Shown here piece after piece: positions 41,623-50,640 of a stretch of DNA of 64,000 nucleotides (position 1 is its first letter; each line of letters begins with the position of its first letter). The notes under the pieces were generated by a model that was not told the origin of the DNA, did not search any database, and saw nothing but the letters and a program-made list of their open reading frames with translations. The stretch is taken from contig CAWAUD010000007.1 of NCBI GenBank assembly GCA_963785085.1, forward strand, positions 28,613 through 92,612. The letters are read 5' to 3'. The translations under genes were made by a program, and so were the position numbers. The DNA is from an uncultured Solirubrobacterales bacterium. GTDB lineage: Bacteria > Actinomycetota > Thermoleophilia > Solirubrobacterales > JBBDJG01.

Positions 41623-42663
41623 ATGGCTGACAGCGTGACGATCCCGCTGCTGGACGACGCCGAGCTGCTCGCGTCGCAGCCGACCAGCACGAGCGTCCCG
41701 ACGCCCTACGACAAGCGGCTGATGGTGTTCGCCGGCCGCGGCAGCCAGGAGCTGGGCTCGCGGATCGCGGAGAAGCTCGGGGTCTCGCTCGGCGGCGTCG
41801 AGCTGAAGACCTTCTCGAACGGTGAGGTCTACTGCCGCTATCTGGAGTCGATCCGCGGCGCGGACGTGTTCATCATCCAGTCGACGCACGCTCCGGTGAA
41901 CCGGAACCTGATGGAGCTCCTGCTGATGATCGATGCGGCCCAGGGCGCCTCGGCTCACCGCATCATCGCCGTGACCCCGTGGTACGGCTACTCCCGCCAG
42001 GACAAGAAGTCGCTGCCACGCGAGCCGATCTCGGCGCGGCTGGTCGCCCGGATGCTCGAGACCGCCGGCGCCGACCGCATGCTCACCATGCACCTGCACG
42101 CCGGCCAGGTGCAGGGCTTCTTCCAGATACCGGTCGACCACCTGATCGCGCGGCCGATGCTGACCCAGTACTTCATCGACAAGGTCTCCGACGACGAGTG
42201 GGTCGCGGTGTCGCCGGATGCCGGGCGCGCGAAGCTGGCCGAGAAGTTCGCCGGCGAGCTGGGCGTGCGGCCGGCCTTCCTGACGAAGGACCGGCCGGAG
42301 CACAACATCGCCGAGGCCGGCTACGTGATCGGCGACGTGAAGGGCAAGGCCGCGATCCTGGTCGACGACATGATCGACACCGCCGGCACGCTCGTCGGGG
42401 CCGCCCGCGTGCTGCGCGAGTCGGGCGCCACGCGCGTCTTCGCGGCCGCCACGCACGGGGTGTTCTCGGGGCCCGCGTTCGAGCGCCTCGAGGCCTCGGA
42501 GATCGAGGAGATCATCGTCACGGACACGATCCCGCTGCCGCCCCACGCGCCCTCCAAGATCAGGACGCTGAGCGTGGCCGACATCCTCGCCCGCTCGATC
42601 CGCTCGATCTTCACCGACGGCTCCGTGTCGGAGCTGTTCGCCGGCGAGAACCAGCTGTTCTAG
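41623..42663 (+). CDS. prs: Ribose-phosphate pyrophosphokinase
   Basis: FSNGE, YGYSRQDKK, VSPDAG, VDDMIDTAGT, ATHGVFS. Confidence 0.97.
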   Translation: MADSVTIPLLDDAELLASQPTSTSVPTPYDKRLMVFAGRGSQELGSRIAEKLGVSLGGVELKTFSNGEVYCRYLESIRGADVFIIQSTHAPVNRNLMELLLMIDAAQGASAHRIIAVTPWYGYSRQDKKSLPREPISARLVARMLETAGADRMLTMHLHAGQVQGFFQIPVDHLIARPMLTQYFIDKVSDDEWVAVSPDAGRAKLAEKFAGELGVRPAFLTKDRPEHNIAEAGYVIGDVKGKAAILVDDMIDTAGTLVGAARVLRESGATRVFAAATHGVFSGPAFERLEASEIEEIIVTDTIPLPPHAPSKIRTLSVADILARSIRSIFTDGSVSELFAGENQLF

Positions 42664-42693
42664 TATTCGTCGCCGTAGAGCGGGAGGAGGAGG

Positions 42694-44763
42694 GTGATGA
42701 TCCGTACTGGCAGGATGCCAAGAGGATCGCGTATAGGGCTGGCACTGGCCGTTGTCGCAATGGCCGCGTGTACGCTCCCAGCTGGGACCGCTGCTGCACA
42801 GGACCTGCAGGTCACCACCGACCCGTCGCTCTACCCTGCGTTCGACCCCGGCGTCAGCGACTACGTGGTCCGCTGCACGCCAGGCACGCCGGTGCAGGTC
42901 ACGATCTCCGCTCCGGTGGGCACGGATGTCGACGTCGACGGTCACGGCGCCGCGCCCGGAGACTTCAGCACGGCCGTGGGCCTGGAATCGGGCCAGGCTT
43001 TCGCCATCTCTGTGACCTCCGCGGCAGGGCACGATCTGTATTACGTCCGCTGTCTGCCATCTGACTTCCCGAGCTGGACCTACCAGCGATCGGGCCAGCC
43101 CCAGGCCGAGTGGTATCTCGTGGATACGCTCAACGGGGCGCGCTACGGCATGGCGTTCGACCGCGACGGGGTGCCGGTGTGGTGGCTGGGGCCGGGAGCT
43201 GCGGCGCTCGATTTCAGGCTGCTCCCGAACGGGGACGTCATGTTCGCCCGCACCGGGCTCGCGGGCGATCAGGAGTACCGGCTGGACGGCACGCCCGTCC
43301 GGGTCGTCCAGGCGGTCGCGCCGTCCACCGATCCGCACGAGGTGCAGCTGCTTCCGAACGGCGACTACCTCGTCGCCGCGCAGCGAAGCGTCCCCGGACA
43401 GACCGCGTGCGGGCAGTCCGGCCTCACGGTCTCGGAGCACGGAGTGCAGGAAGTCCGGCCCGACAGCTCGCTGGTTTGGTCCTGGTGGCCGCTGGATCAC
43501 ATCCCGCTCACGGAGATTCCAGCCGCCTGGTGCTCGACCGCGCTCGCCGGCGCGCCCGGGGATCCGAAGGACGTCTACCACATCAACGCGATCGAGCCCA
43601 CGGCCGATGGGTTCATGGTCTCCTACCGCCACCTCGACGCCATCTACGCCATCGACCAGGCGGACGGAAGCGTGTCCTGGAAGATCGGCGGCGTGCACAG
43701 GCCCGAGAGCCTCACGGTGCTCGACGACCCGCTCTCGACCGGTGGCGGCGACACCTTCAGGGGTCAGCATGACGTGCGCCTGATGGACGACGGCACCGTG
43801 ACGGTGCACGACAACGGCTTCCATCCGGCTGGCGACACGCGGCCACCGCGGGCCGTGAGATTCGCGATCGACACCGCCGCCGGGACGGCGACCCTGGTCG
43901 AGCAGAAGGACGATCCGGGCGCGATAGGAACCCCGCTCTGCTGCGGTAGCGCGAGGAAGCTGCCGGGCGGCGACTGGGTGATCAACTGGGGCAGCAGCAA
44001 CCTGATGACGGAGCTCGATCCGCTCGGCGCCCGCATCTCGAGCCTCAGCCTCACCGGATCGTTCAGCTACCGCGCGCAGCCCCTGCTCCCGGGCACCGTG
44101 AGCAGGGACGCTTTCCGCGCGGGCATGATGCTCCAGTATCCGCGCGGGTACCCCCGGCCCAAGGGGGCCAGCATCATCAGGATCCAACTCGTGCCGGCAT
44201 ACGACGAGTGCACCTCGCCTAACGCGACGCACGCGGATCCCTTGGCGTTCGGCTCCTGTAGCTCCCCCTCGAGCGGAAGCTTCCTGACGGTCGGCACGCC
44301 GGACGCGAACGGGACGAAGGCCAACTCCGTCGGCTACGTCAAGTACCAGGTGCGCACCGGCAACCCGGCGACGCCCCAGGACGAGGCCGACGTGCGTGTC
44401 GAAGTGAACGTCACCGACGTGCGCTGGAAGAGCGACCTCTCCGACTACACGGGCTCGCTTCAGGTGCGCAACCCGATCCGGGTCACCGACCGGAACAGCG
44501 GCGCGGCCCAGGACGAGGCCGGGACCTTGCTCGACGCGCAACTGCCGATCGCCGTACCGTGCGCGACCACCGGCGATCCCAGTATCGGCGCGACCTGCTC
44601 GCTCTCGACCACGGTCGACGCGCTCACGCCGGGCGTGGTTGTCGAGGGCAAGCGCTCGAACTGGGAATTGGGGCAGCTGGAGGTCTTCGACGGTGGGGCC
44701 GGGGGAGTCGCCGGAGCCGCGGATGCACGCGTCTTCGAGCGCCAGGGGCTGTTCGTGCCGTGA
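42694..44763 (+). CDS. Secreted arylsulfotransferase (ASST)-like beta-propeller with the same C-terminal domain as 34478-35407
   Basis: DPHE, DVYHINAI, SYRHLD, WKIGG, QHDVR, HDNG, SYRA; ends QGLFVP. Confidence 0.8.
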   Translation: MMIRTGRMPRGSRIGLALAVVAMAACTLPAGTAAAQDLQVTTDPSLYPAFDPGVSDYVVRCTPGTPVQVTISAPVGTDVDVDGHGAAPGDFSTAVGLESGQAFAISVTSAAGHDLYYVRCLPSDFPSWTYQRSGQPQAEWYLVDTLNGARYGMAFDRDGVPVWWLGPGAAALDFRLLPNGDVMFARTGLAGDQEYRLDGTPVRVVQAVAPSTDPHEVQLLPNGDYLVAAQRSVPGQTACGQSGLTVSEHGVQEVRPDSSLVWSWWPLDHIPLTEIPAAWCSTALAGAPGDPKDVYHINAIEPTADGFMVSYRHLDAIYAIDQADGSVSWKIGGVHRPESLTVLDDPLSTGGGDTFRGQHDVRLMDDGTVTVHDNGFHPAGDTRPPRAVRFAIDTAAGTATLVEQKDDPGAIGTPLCCGSARKLPGGDWVINWGSSNLMTELDPLGARISSLSLTGSFSYRAQPLLPGTVSRDAFRAGMMLQYPRGYPRPKGASIIRIQLVPAYDECTSPNATHADPLAFGSCSSPSSGSFLTVGTPDANGTKANSVGYVKYQVRTGNPATPQDEADVRVEVNVTDVRWKSDLSDYTGSLQVRNPIRVTDRNSGAAQDEAGTLLDAQLPIAVPCATTGDPSIGATCSLSTTVDALTPGVVVEGKRSNWELGQLEVFDGGAGGVAGAADARVFERQGLFVP

Positions 44764-44873
44764 CGCGCTTTGAGCCGCGGAGCCCTTGTTGGTGCGGTTT
44801 CCGCGGACGGGTCAGTACGACTCGAGCACGATTGTGAAAGCACCAACTGGCGAGAACCAGCTCTTCTAGAGAT

Positions 44874-45290
44874 TCAGCTCTCGGGCCTGGCCCTGGACCG
44901 GGTCTCGAGCGCCGTGAGCGCGTTCGCGCGGTCCGGATACAGCTCCACCCGGGTGATCTTCCCGCCCTCGACGAAGTACAGGTAGCCCATCTTGGTGCGA
45001 ACCTCGGCGCCGCTGGTCCGCCCGTGGCCGGAGTGGTTGCTCACAACCAGCACGGCGTCGCCGACGTCGGTGATCTCCTCGAGCTCGAAGTGATAGCCGC
45101 GCCGGAAGTTCCGGAACCAGTTGGCGAACCACTCGCCAACCGCCTCCTTGCCCTGGAAGCTGCCGCTTTCGAGCAGGAACTCGTCCACATACAGCTCGAC
45201 ATCCTCGGCGTAGAACTGCATCGCCCGCTCGAAGTCCGCGTCGTTTGTGGCCGCGAACTGGTCGCGCACGACCTGCGCCGGGTCGCCACG
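44874..45290 (-). CDS. SnoaL/NTF2-like domain, apparently in frame with the upstream sulfotransferase
   Basis: VVRDQFAATND.DFE..YAEDV..GKEAVGEWF..GHGRTSGAEV..GGKITRVELY. Confidence 0.8.
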   Translation of the reverse strand, partial: RGDPAQVVRDQFAATNDADFERAMQFYAEDVELYVDEFLLESGSFQGKEAVGEWFANWFRNFRRGYHFELEEITDVGDAVLVVSNHSGHGRTSGAEVRTKMGYLYFVEGGKITRVELYPDRANALTALETRSRARPES

Positions 45291-46053
45291 CCCGGCTCCG
45301 GGCCACAGACCCGGGTCGATCTCGGGCGCGAACTCCCGCAGGCGGCGCAGGTCCTCGGCGAACGTCGCGTCACAGGTCCTGCTCGAGTGCCGGCGGGACC
45401 TCGACTACCGGATGGCCCCGTGTTGATCGCCCGCTCGGCGTCGGGCGGCACCCAGTCGACGTCATCCAGGCCGAGGAACTCGAACGTGCGGCGCAGCTCG
45501 CCGGCCGTGTCGGCGACGCAGCGCTCGTGCTGGAGCACCAGCAGCTGCTCGCGGGGGAAGTGGCGCAGAACGCGCAAGAGGGGATATGCGTAGAGGCTGC
45601 GTGACAGCGCGATCGCGGCGTCGGCTCCGAGAAAAGCGTCGTCTGGCAGCACAGCGATCCGCGTGCGCAGATGCGAGCGGTACCGGTCAAGCGGATCGCG
45701 CAGGCTGACCAGGAGGCGCGCTCCGGCGCGGCGCGCGCGAGCAGCGCCGGCGTCCACACGTCGTACATGTAGCGCGGGGTCCACTCGCCGGCGATCGCTC
45801 CCTCCGCACGCGGAAACTGCTCGCGGTAGCGGGCGGCGTCGTCCTCGCCGAAGCTGCCGTCCCAGAAGGGGTCGAAGAAGTGCACCTCCTTCTCGGCGCC
45901 CGGGGCGACGCTCACCTGCGGATGCGAGGAGATGAGCGAATGCCACCAGGTCGTTCCGCTGCGGTCCGCGCCGATGCCCACGAAATCCGGAGGGCCGGTG
46001 CTCCAGCCGGGCGGGCACTCCGGCGGCGCAGCGGGTTGTCCGGGGCTCGCCAT
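45291..46053 (-). CDS. PAPS-dependent sulfotransferase (frameshifted)
   Basis: PPDFVGIGADRSGTTWW, KEVHFFD, GEWTPRYM, LRDPLDRYRS, FEFLGL. Confidence 0.85.
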
Positions 46054-46064
46054 CGGCGCGGAGA

Positions 46065-47468
46065 CTAACCGCGGCTTCGCGGGGTCCCGCCGCGGCTCTC
46101 CCAGAAGTCGTGCTCCGCGCGGCCGAGCTCGGTCGCCGGCTCGTCTCCGAACCACCACTCGCGCGCGATCCGGTGCCAGTTGCGCTGCGCGCGCAGCTGT
46201 CCCAGTACCGCGAGCACTCCGATCTCCATCCGCCGGCCCATCAGCTCGTTGGCCGGCACGTTCTCGCGCCGCATGAGGGCGTAGAAGTCCGACCGCGGGT
46301 CGGAGATGGCGGTGATCACCGACATCACGTACTCCGGGGTGATCGGCCGCTCGGTGTCCTGCCAGTACCAGCCTCCGACCGCGTCGACGTGGTGCATCAG
46401 CCGCTCGGCGTCGACGCGCTTCGGGTTGCGCAGGAAGCCGAGCTCGTGCAGCTTCTGCCGCAGCCGCTCGGCGTCGCCGTCGAGGCGCGCCTTGACGACC
46501 TCCTCCTCGAGCCGGATCTGCTCGATGTCCAGCCGTTTCGTCATGCCGAAGTCGAGGAACGCGACGCGCCCGTCGTCCATCAGCAGGTAGTTCCCCGGGT
46601 GGGCGTCCGCGTTGAAGTGCTGCAGCTGGTAGATCGATCCGAGGTAGAAGCGGAAGACGATCTCGCCGAACCGGTCGCGCTCGTCCTGTCCGAGCTGCTT
46701 CACCTGCTCGAAGCCGGCGCCCTCCACGTACTCCGAGACCAGCACCCGACTGCGGGACAGACGCGTCACCACGTCGGGCACGTGTATGAACGGGTGGCCC
46801 CGATAGGCGCGCGCGAACGAGCGCTGGCTCTGCGCCTCGTACTCGTAGTCGAGCTCCTCGAGCACCCGCTCGCGCAGCTCGTCGGCGGCGGCGCGCGCGT
46901 CGAGGCCGGGCGCGATCGCCTTCGCCAGCCGCAGGAGCATCCCGGCGTTGGAGAGGTCCGCCCGCAGCGCGGTGTCGATGCCGGGGTACTGCACCTTGAC
47001 GGCGACGCGGCGGCCGTCCGGCAGCACCGCGCGGTGGACCTGGCCGATCGACGCCGCCGCGAACGCCTCGGGTTCGATCTCCTCGAAGATGTTCTCGCAG
47101 GGCTCGTCGTATTCCTCGTCGAGCACCTTCCGCACGCGGTCCCACGGCATCGGGGGCGCTGAGGTCCGCAGCGCGCCGAGCTTCTCCTGGTACAGCTCGC
47201 GGTACTCGTCGGGGAGGAACTCGCTGTCGATGAAGGACGCCAGCTGGCCCATCTTCATGGCCACCCCCTTCATCGTGCCGAGCGTGTCGACCATCCGCTC
47301 CGCCGACTCCTCCGCCACCTCCTCCATGTGCTCCTGCTGGCGGTCGCCCGACCGCAGCACCCCGCCGGCCTTCGCACCGGCGAACCGGGCGCCCTCCAGT
47401 CCGGCGCGCGTGCCGAGCCGCATCGTGCGCATCAGGCGGTTGGATGGGATGGAGTCTTTCCGCGCCAT
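46065..47468 (-). CDS. ABC1/AarF/UbiB family kinase
   Basis: KMGQ, FAAASIGQVHRA, VAVKVQYPG, EELDY, NADAHPGN, LDFG. Confidence 0.93.
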   Translation of the reverse strand: MARKDSIPSNRLMRTMRLGTRAGLEGARFAGAKAGGVLRSGDRQQEHMEEVAEESAERMVDTLGTMKGVAMKMGQLASFIDSEFLPDEYRELYQEKLGALRTSAPPMPWDRVRKVLDEEYDEPCENIFEEIEPEAFAAASIGQVHRAVLPDGRRVAVKVQYPGIDTALRADLSNAGMLLRLAKAIAPGLDARAAADELRERVLEELDYEYEAQSQRSFARAYRGHPFIHVPDVVTRLSRSRVLVSEYVEGAGFEQVKQLGQDERDRFGEIVFRFYLGSIYQLQHFNADAHPGNYLLMDDGRVAFLDFGMTKRLDIEQIRLEEEVVKARLDGDAERLRQKLHELGFLRNPKRVDAERLMHHVDAVGGWYWQDTERPITPEYVMSVITAISDPRSDFYALMRRENVPANELMGRRMEIGVLAVLGQLRAQRNWHRIAREWWFGDEPATELGRAEHDFWESRGGTPRSRG

Positions 47469-47497
47469 GTGCTCTGAGGCTACAATCCGCGCTTCCC
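47469..47497. promoter_or_regulatory. 29-bp bidirectional promoter with interlocking -10 hexamers
   Basis: AGGCTACAAT: TACAAT on + (47481-47486) and TAGCCT on - (47482-47477); no SD for either gene. Confidence 0.6.
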
Positions 47498-48193
47498 ATG
47501 GCCGACAGACGCTCATTGCTGGAGATCGAGCCGCGCGAGGAGCGCGGGTCCCGCGCCAACCGGCGGCTGCGGCGTGCGGGCCAGGTGCCCGGCGTCGTCT
47601 ACGGCGGCAACGGCGATCCCGAGGCCTTCAAGGTCGACGGACGCCACCTGCGCGCGGTGCTGGCCGAGGGCCACGCGCTGTTCGACGTCGAGACGAGCAG
47701 CGGCCGCCAGCCGGTCGTGGTCAAGGACCAGGACCGCGACGAGGTACGGGGCTTCACCCGCCACCTCGACCTGCTGCGCGTCCGACTCGACCAGAAGATC
47801 CAGTCGCCCGTCGTGATCGAGCTGGTCGGCGGAGACGACGCCCCCGGCGTGAAGGAGGGCGGCGTGCTCAGCCAGGTGGTCCGCGAGGTCACCGTCGAGG
47901 CGCTTCCGACCGACATCCCCGACGGGATCACGGTCGACGTCTCCGGCCTCGGCGTGGCGGAGACCATGACCCTCGCGCAGGTTCCTGCGCCTGACGGCGT
48001 GGAGTTCATGGACGACCTGGAAGAGACCGTCGTCGCCACGATCACCGCTCCGACGCGCGAGGAGGAGCCGGAGATCGAGGAGGAGGCCGAGCTCGTCGGC
48101 GAGGATGGCGAGCCGATCGAGGGCGAAGAGGGCGAGGCGCCGGCAGAGGACGCCGAGGGCGGAGAATCCGCCGAGGGCGGCTCCGAAGAGTAG
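47498..48193 (+). CDS. rplY: 50S ribosomal protein bL25/Ctc
   Basis: RRLRRAGQVPGVVYG, HLDLLRV, APGVKEGGVL, acidic tail; located before pth. Confidence 0.95.
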   Translation: MADRRSLLEIEPREERGSRANRRLRRAGQVPGVVYGGNGDPEAFKVDGRHLRAVLAEGHALFDVETSSGRQPVVVKDQDRDEVRGFTRHLDLLRVRLDQKIQSPVVIELVGGDDAPGVKEGGVLSQVVREVTVEALPTDIPDGITVDVSGLGVAETMTLAQVPAPDGVEFMDDLEETVVATITAPTREEEPEIEEEAELVGEDGEPIEGEEGEAPAEDAEGGESAEGGSEE

Positions 48194-48204
48194 GAAGGAC
48201 CGTT

Positions 48205-48814
48205 CTGCGGCTCTTTCGTGGCCGCCAGACGGTCGCCCCGGTCGACTTTCTCCTGATCGGGCTGGGCAATCCCGGCTCGAGCTACACGGGAACGCGTCAC
48301 AACCTCGGATACGAGATCGCCGAAGAGCTCGGCCGCCGGTGGGAGCTGCCGCGGGCGCGCAAGATGTTCAACGGCCTGGTGACGGAGGGACGCCCGTGGC
48401 CGCGTGGGCCCGCGGGTGGCGCTGCTCCTTCCGCAGACCTACATGAACGACTCCGGGAACTCGGCCAGCCCGGCGCGTGGCAGCTATCGGGTCGACCTCG
48501 ACCACGTGGTCGCGCTGCACGACGAGATCGACCTGCCCTTCGGCGAGGTGCAGACGCGGCTGGGCGGCGGGCTTGCCGGTCACAACGGGCTCAAGAGCCT
48601 CAAGCAGGGCCTCGGCAGCGGGGACTTCCTGCGCGTCCGCGCCGGCGTCGGGCGGCCGGACTCGACCGACCCGGAGATCGTCTCGAACTACGTGCTCGGC
48701 AAGTTCCGGGAGCCACGCGGTGACGTGCAGGCGCTGATCGGCAGGGCCGCGGACGCCGCCGAGCGGCTGCTGCGCGAGCGCTCCGAAGAAGACAGCTTCG
48801 AAGAAGAGGAGTGA
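48205..48814 (+). CDS. pth: Peptidyl-tRNA hydrolase (frameshift near 48400; start uncertain)
   Basis: LIGLGNPG..YTGTRHNLG, PQTYMNDSG, HDEIDL, GHNGLKS, RVRAGVGRP. Confidence 0.93.
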
Positions 48815-50028
48815 CCACACCGGCGGTTCCTGCCGCTCCGGTGGCGCGCTACCGCGCGGTGCTGCGGATCCCGCACATGCCGTCGCTGCTCGGCGCGGGC
48901 TTCGTGGGCCGTCTGGGCGTGGGCATGATCGGGCTCTCGCTCGTGCTCCTGATCAGCCGCGCGACCGGCTCCTATGCCATCGCGGGGCTGGTTGTGGCGG
49001 TCCAGGCGATCGCGGGCGGAGTCGCCGCTCCGATTCTGGGAAGGCTGATGGACCGGATCGGCCAGACGCCGATCCTCGTCACCTGCGCACTTGCCTTCCC
49101 CTGCGCGGTGGGCGGCCTCGTGGCGGCGGCCGAGTGGGCGCCGCACACCCCGGTGCTGGTGGCGTGCGCGGTGCTCTTCGGAGTCTCCTACCCGCCCATC
49201 TTCGCGGCGCTGCGGACGCTCCTGCAGCAGCTCGGCGGACGTGTCGGGCTGACGGAAACCGCCTTCGCGCTGGAGGCGATCATGCAGGAGCTGCTGTTCA
49301 TCTTCGGCCCTCTGACCGTCGCCGCCGTCGTGGCGCTCGCGTCGCCGCAGGCCTCGCTCGCCGTGGTCGCCGCGCTGACCGCCACGGGGACGCTGGCGTT
49401 CGCCACCCTGTCGCCGTCACGGCGATGGCGTTCCGAGGGTCCTGCGAGCGGTGATGCCGAGACGGTCCTGTCATCCCCCGGCATGCGAACCCTGCTCGTG
49501 GTCAGCGCGACCTTCGGGGTCGCGTTCGGAACCCTCGAAGTGGCGCTGCCCGCGTTCTGTGCCGACCACGGCTCCCAGGGAACGGCGGGCGTCCTCCTGG
49601 CGGCCCTCGGCGTGGGGAGCATGGTGGGCGGGATCGTCTATGGCGGGCGTTCCTGGCAAACGCCGCCCCATCTCCTCTACATCCTCTTCGGCGCCCTGTT
49701 CGCTGTGGCCATGGTGCCGATCGCCCTCGCCGACTCGATCGCGCTGCTGTTCGTCCTGATGCCGCTGGCCGGGCTGGTGGTGGCGCCCGGCGCCGCGATC
49801 AGCTACGGCCTGATCTCCCATCTCAGCCCCGCCGGAACCATCAGCGAGGCCTTCACCTGGGAGACGACCGCGGTGATCGCCGGCTTTGCCTTCGGCGGAG
49901 CGGTCAGCGGAGTCCTCGTCGAGGGCCCGGGAGTCCGCGCGGCGCTGCTGTTCGCGACGGCGCTGGCGGCCACATCGCCGCTGATCGCATGGGGAAGGCG
50001 CAGGACCCTGGCGGGCGAGGGTGGGTGA
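48811..50028 (+). CDS. MFS transporter
   Basis: ~12 TMs; GRLMDRIG motif A. Confidence 0.88.
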   Translation: MTTPAVPAAPVARYRAVLRIPHMPSLLGAGFVGRLGVGMIGLSLVLLISRATGSYAIAGLVVAVQAIAGGVAAPILGRLMDRIGQTPILVTCALAFPCAVGGLVAAAEWAPHTPVLVACAVLFGVSYPPIFAALRTLLQQLGGRVGLTETAFALEAIMQELLFIFGPLTVAAVVALASPQASLAVVAALTATGTLAFATLSPSRRWRSEGPASGDAETVLSSPGMRTLLVVSATFGVAFGTLEVALPAFCADHGSQGTAGVLLAALGVGSMVGGIVYGGRSWQTPPHLLYILFGALFAVAMVPIALADSIALLFVLMPLAGLVVAPGAAISYGLISHLSPAGTISEAFTWETTAVIAGFAFGGAVSGVLVEGPGVRAALLFATALAATSPLIAWGRRRTLAGEGG

Positions 50029-50047
50029 CACGCATTCGGGCCCGGAG

Positions 50048-50203
50048 CCCGGTGCCAGGACGGGCTAGTAGGGAGGTGGTGCGGATTCGGTACGTCCGCG
50101 ATGCGTCTCCCGCGCGTTCCGTAACCCTTGCGTGACGGGCCCTTAGACGTGTGCGAGGTTGACCACGCTATAGGAGGCAAAACCACCCCCACGTCTGGCG
50201 CGG
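50048..50203. ncRNA. Candidate structured non-coding RNA (rod with paired ends; strand uncertain)
   Basis: GTGCCAG-G-ACG (50052-50062) pairs with CGT-CTGGCGC (50192-50201); GGGAGGTGGT (50071-50080) pairs with ACCACCCCC (50182-50190); internal hairpins. Confidence 0.45.
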
Positions 50204-50212
50204 TAGTACCGG

Positions 50213-50584
50213 CTACTGCTGCAGGAGCCAGGTGCCGGCCAGCGCGAAGACCGCTGCGGTGCCGGTGACCATTGCTGCGGATGCGGGAGGAAGCTGGCCG
50301 CGCACGCCGGCCAGGAGGCCGGCGCCGATGTCGGCGTAGTCGCAGGCGACTCCGGCGGTCGCCCACATCTGCTTCTGCTTCTTCGGGGCGCGCAGGACGC
50401 CGGCGCCGAGCACCACGTCGCGGGCGCCGAAGAGGCGGCCGAGATAGCTCGCCTGCGGGTTGCCCTCGGGGTCGAGACCGAAGAGCCGGCCGCTGAGATT
50501 GGGGGCCGCGTAGGCTGCTGCGCCCACCACGATCCGCCCGATCGCGATCCCGTCGAAGGCCTTGTCGCGCTGGCTGCGTGCCAT
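50213..50584 (-). CDS. Small membrane protein (DUF4267-like)
   Basis: GRIVVG..P..GRLFGARDVVLGAG; TAACCT -10 7 nt before ATG. Confidence 0.7.
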   Translation of the reverse strand: MARSQRDKAFDGIAIGRIVVGAAAYAAPNLSGRLFGLDPEGNPQASYLGRLFGARDVVLGAGVLRAPKKQKQMWATAGVACDYADIGAGLLAGVRGQLPPASAAMVTGTAAVFALAGTWLLQQ

Positions 50585-50640
50585 TGGCGAGAGGTTATTA
50601 CCTTTGGAGGGGAGACGGGCAGACGGCAGACCGCAGAGTG

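Noticed and set aside
41368..44541. 1057-aa minus-strand ORF (and other long overlapping ORFs in the track)
   Set aside because: Shadow of glmU/prs/ASST with no recognisable motifs
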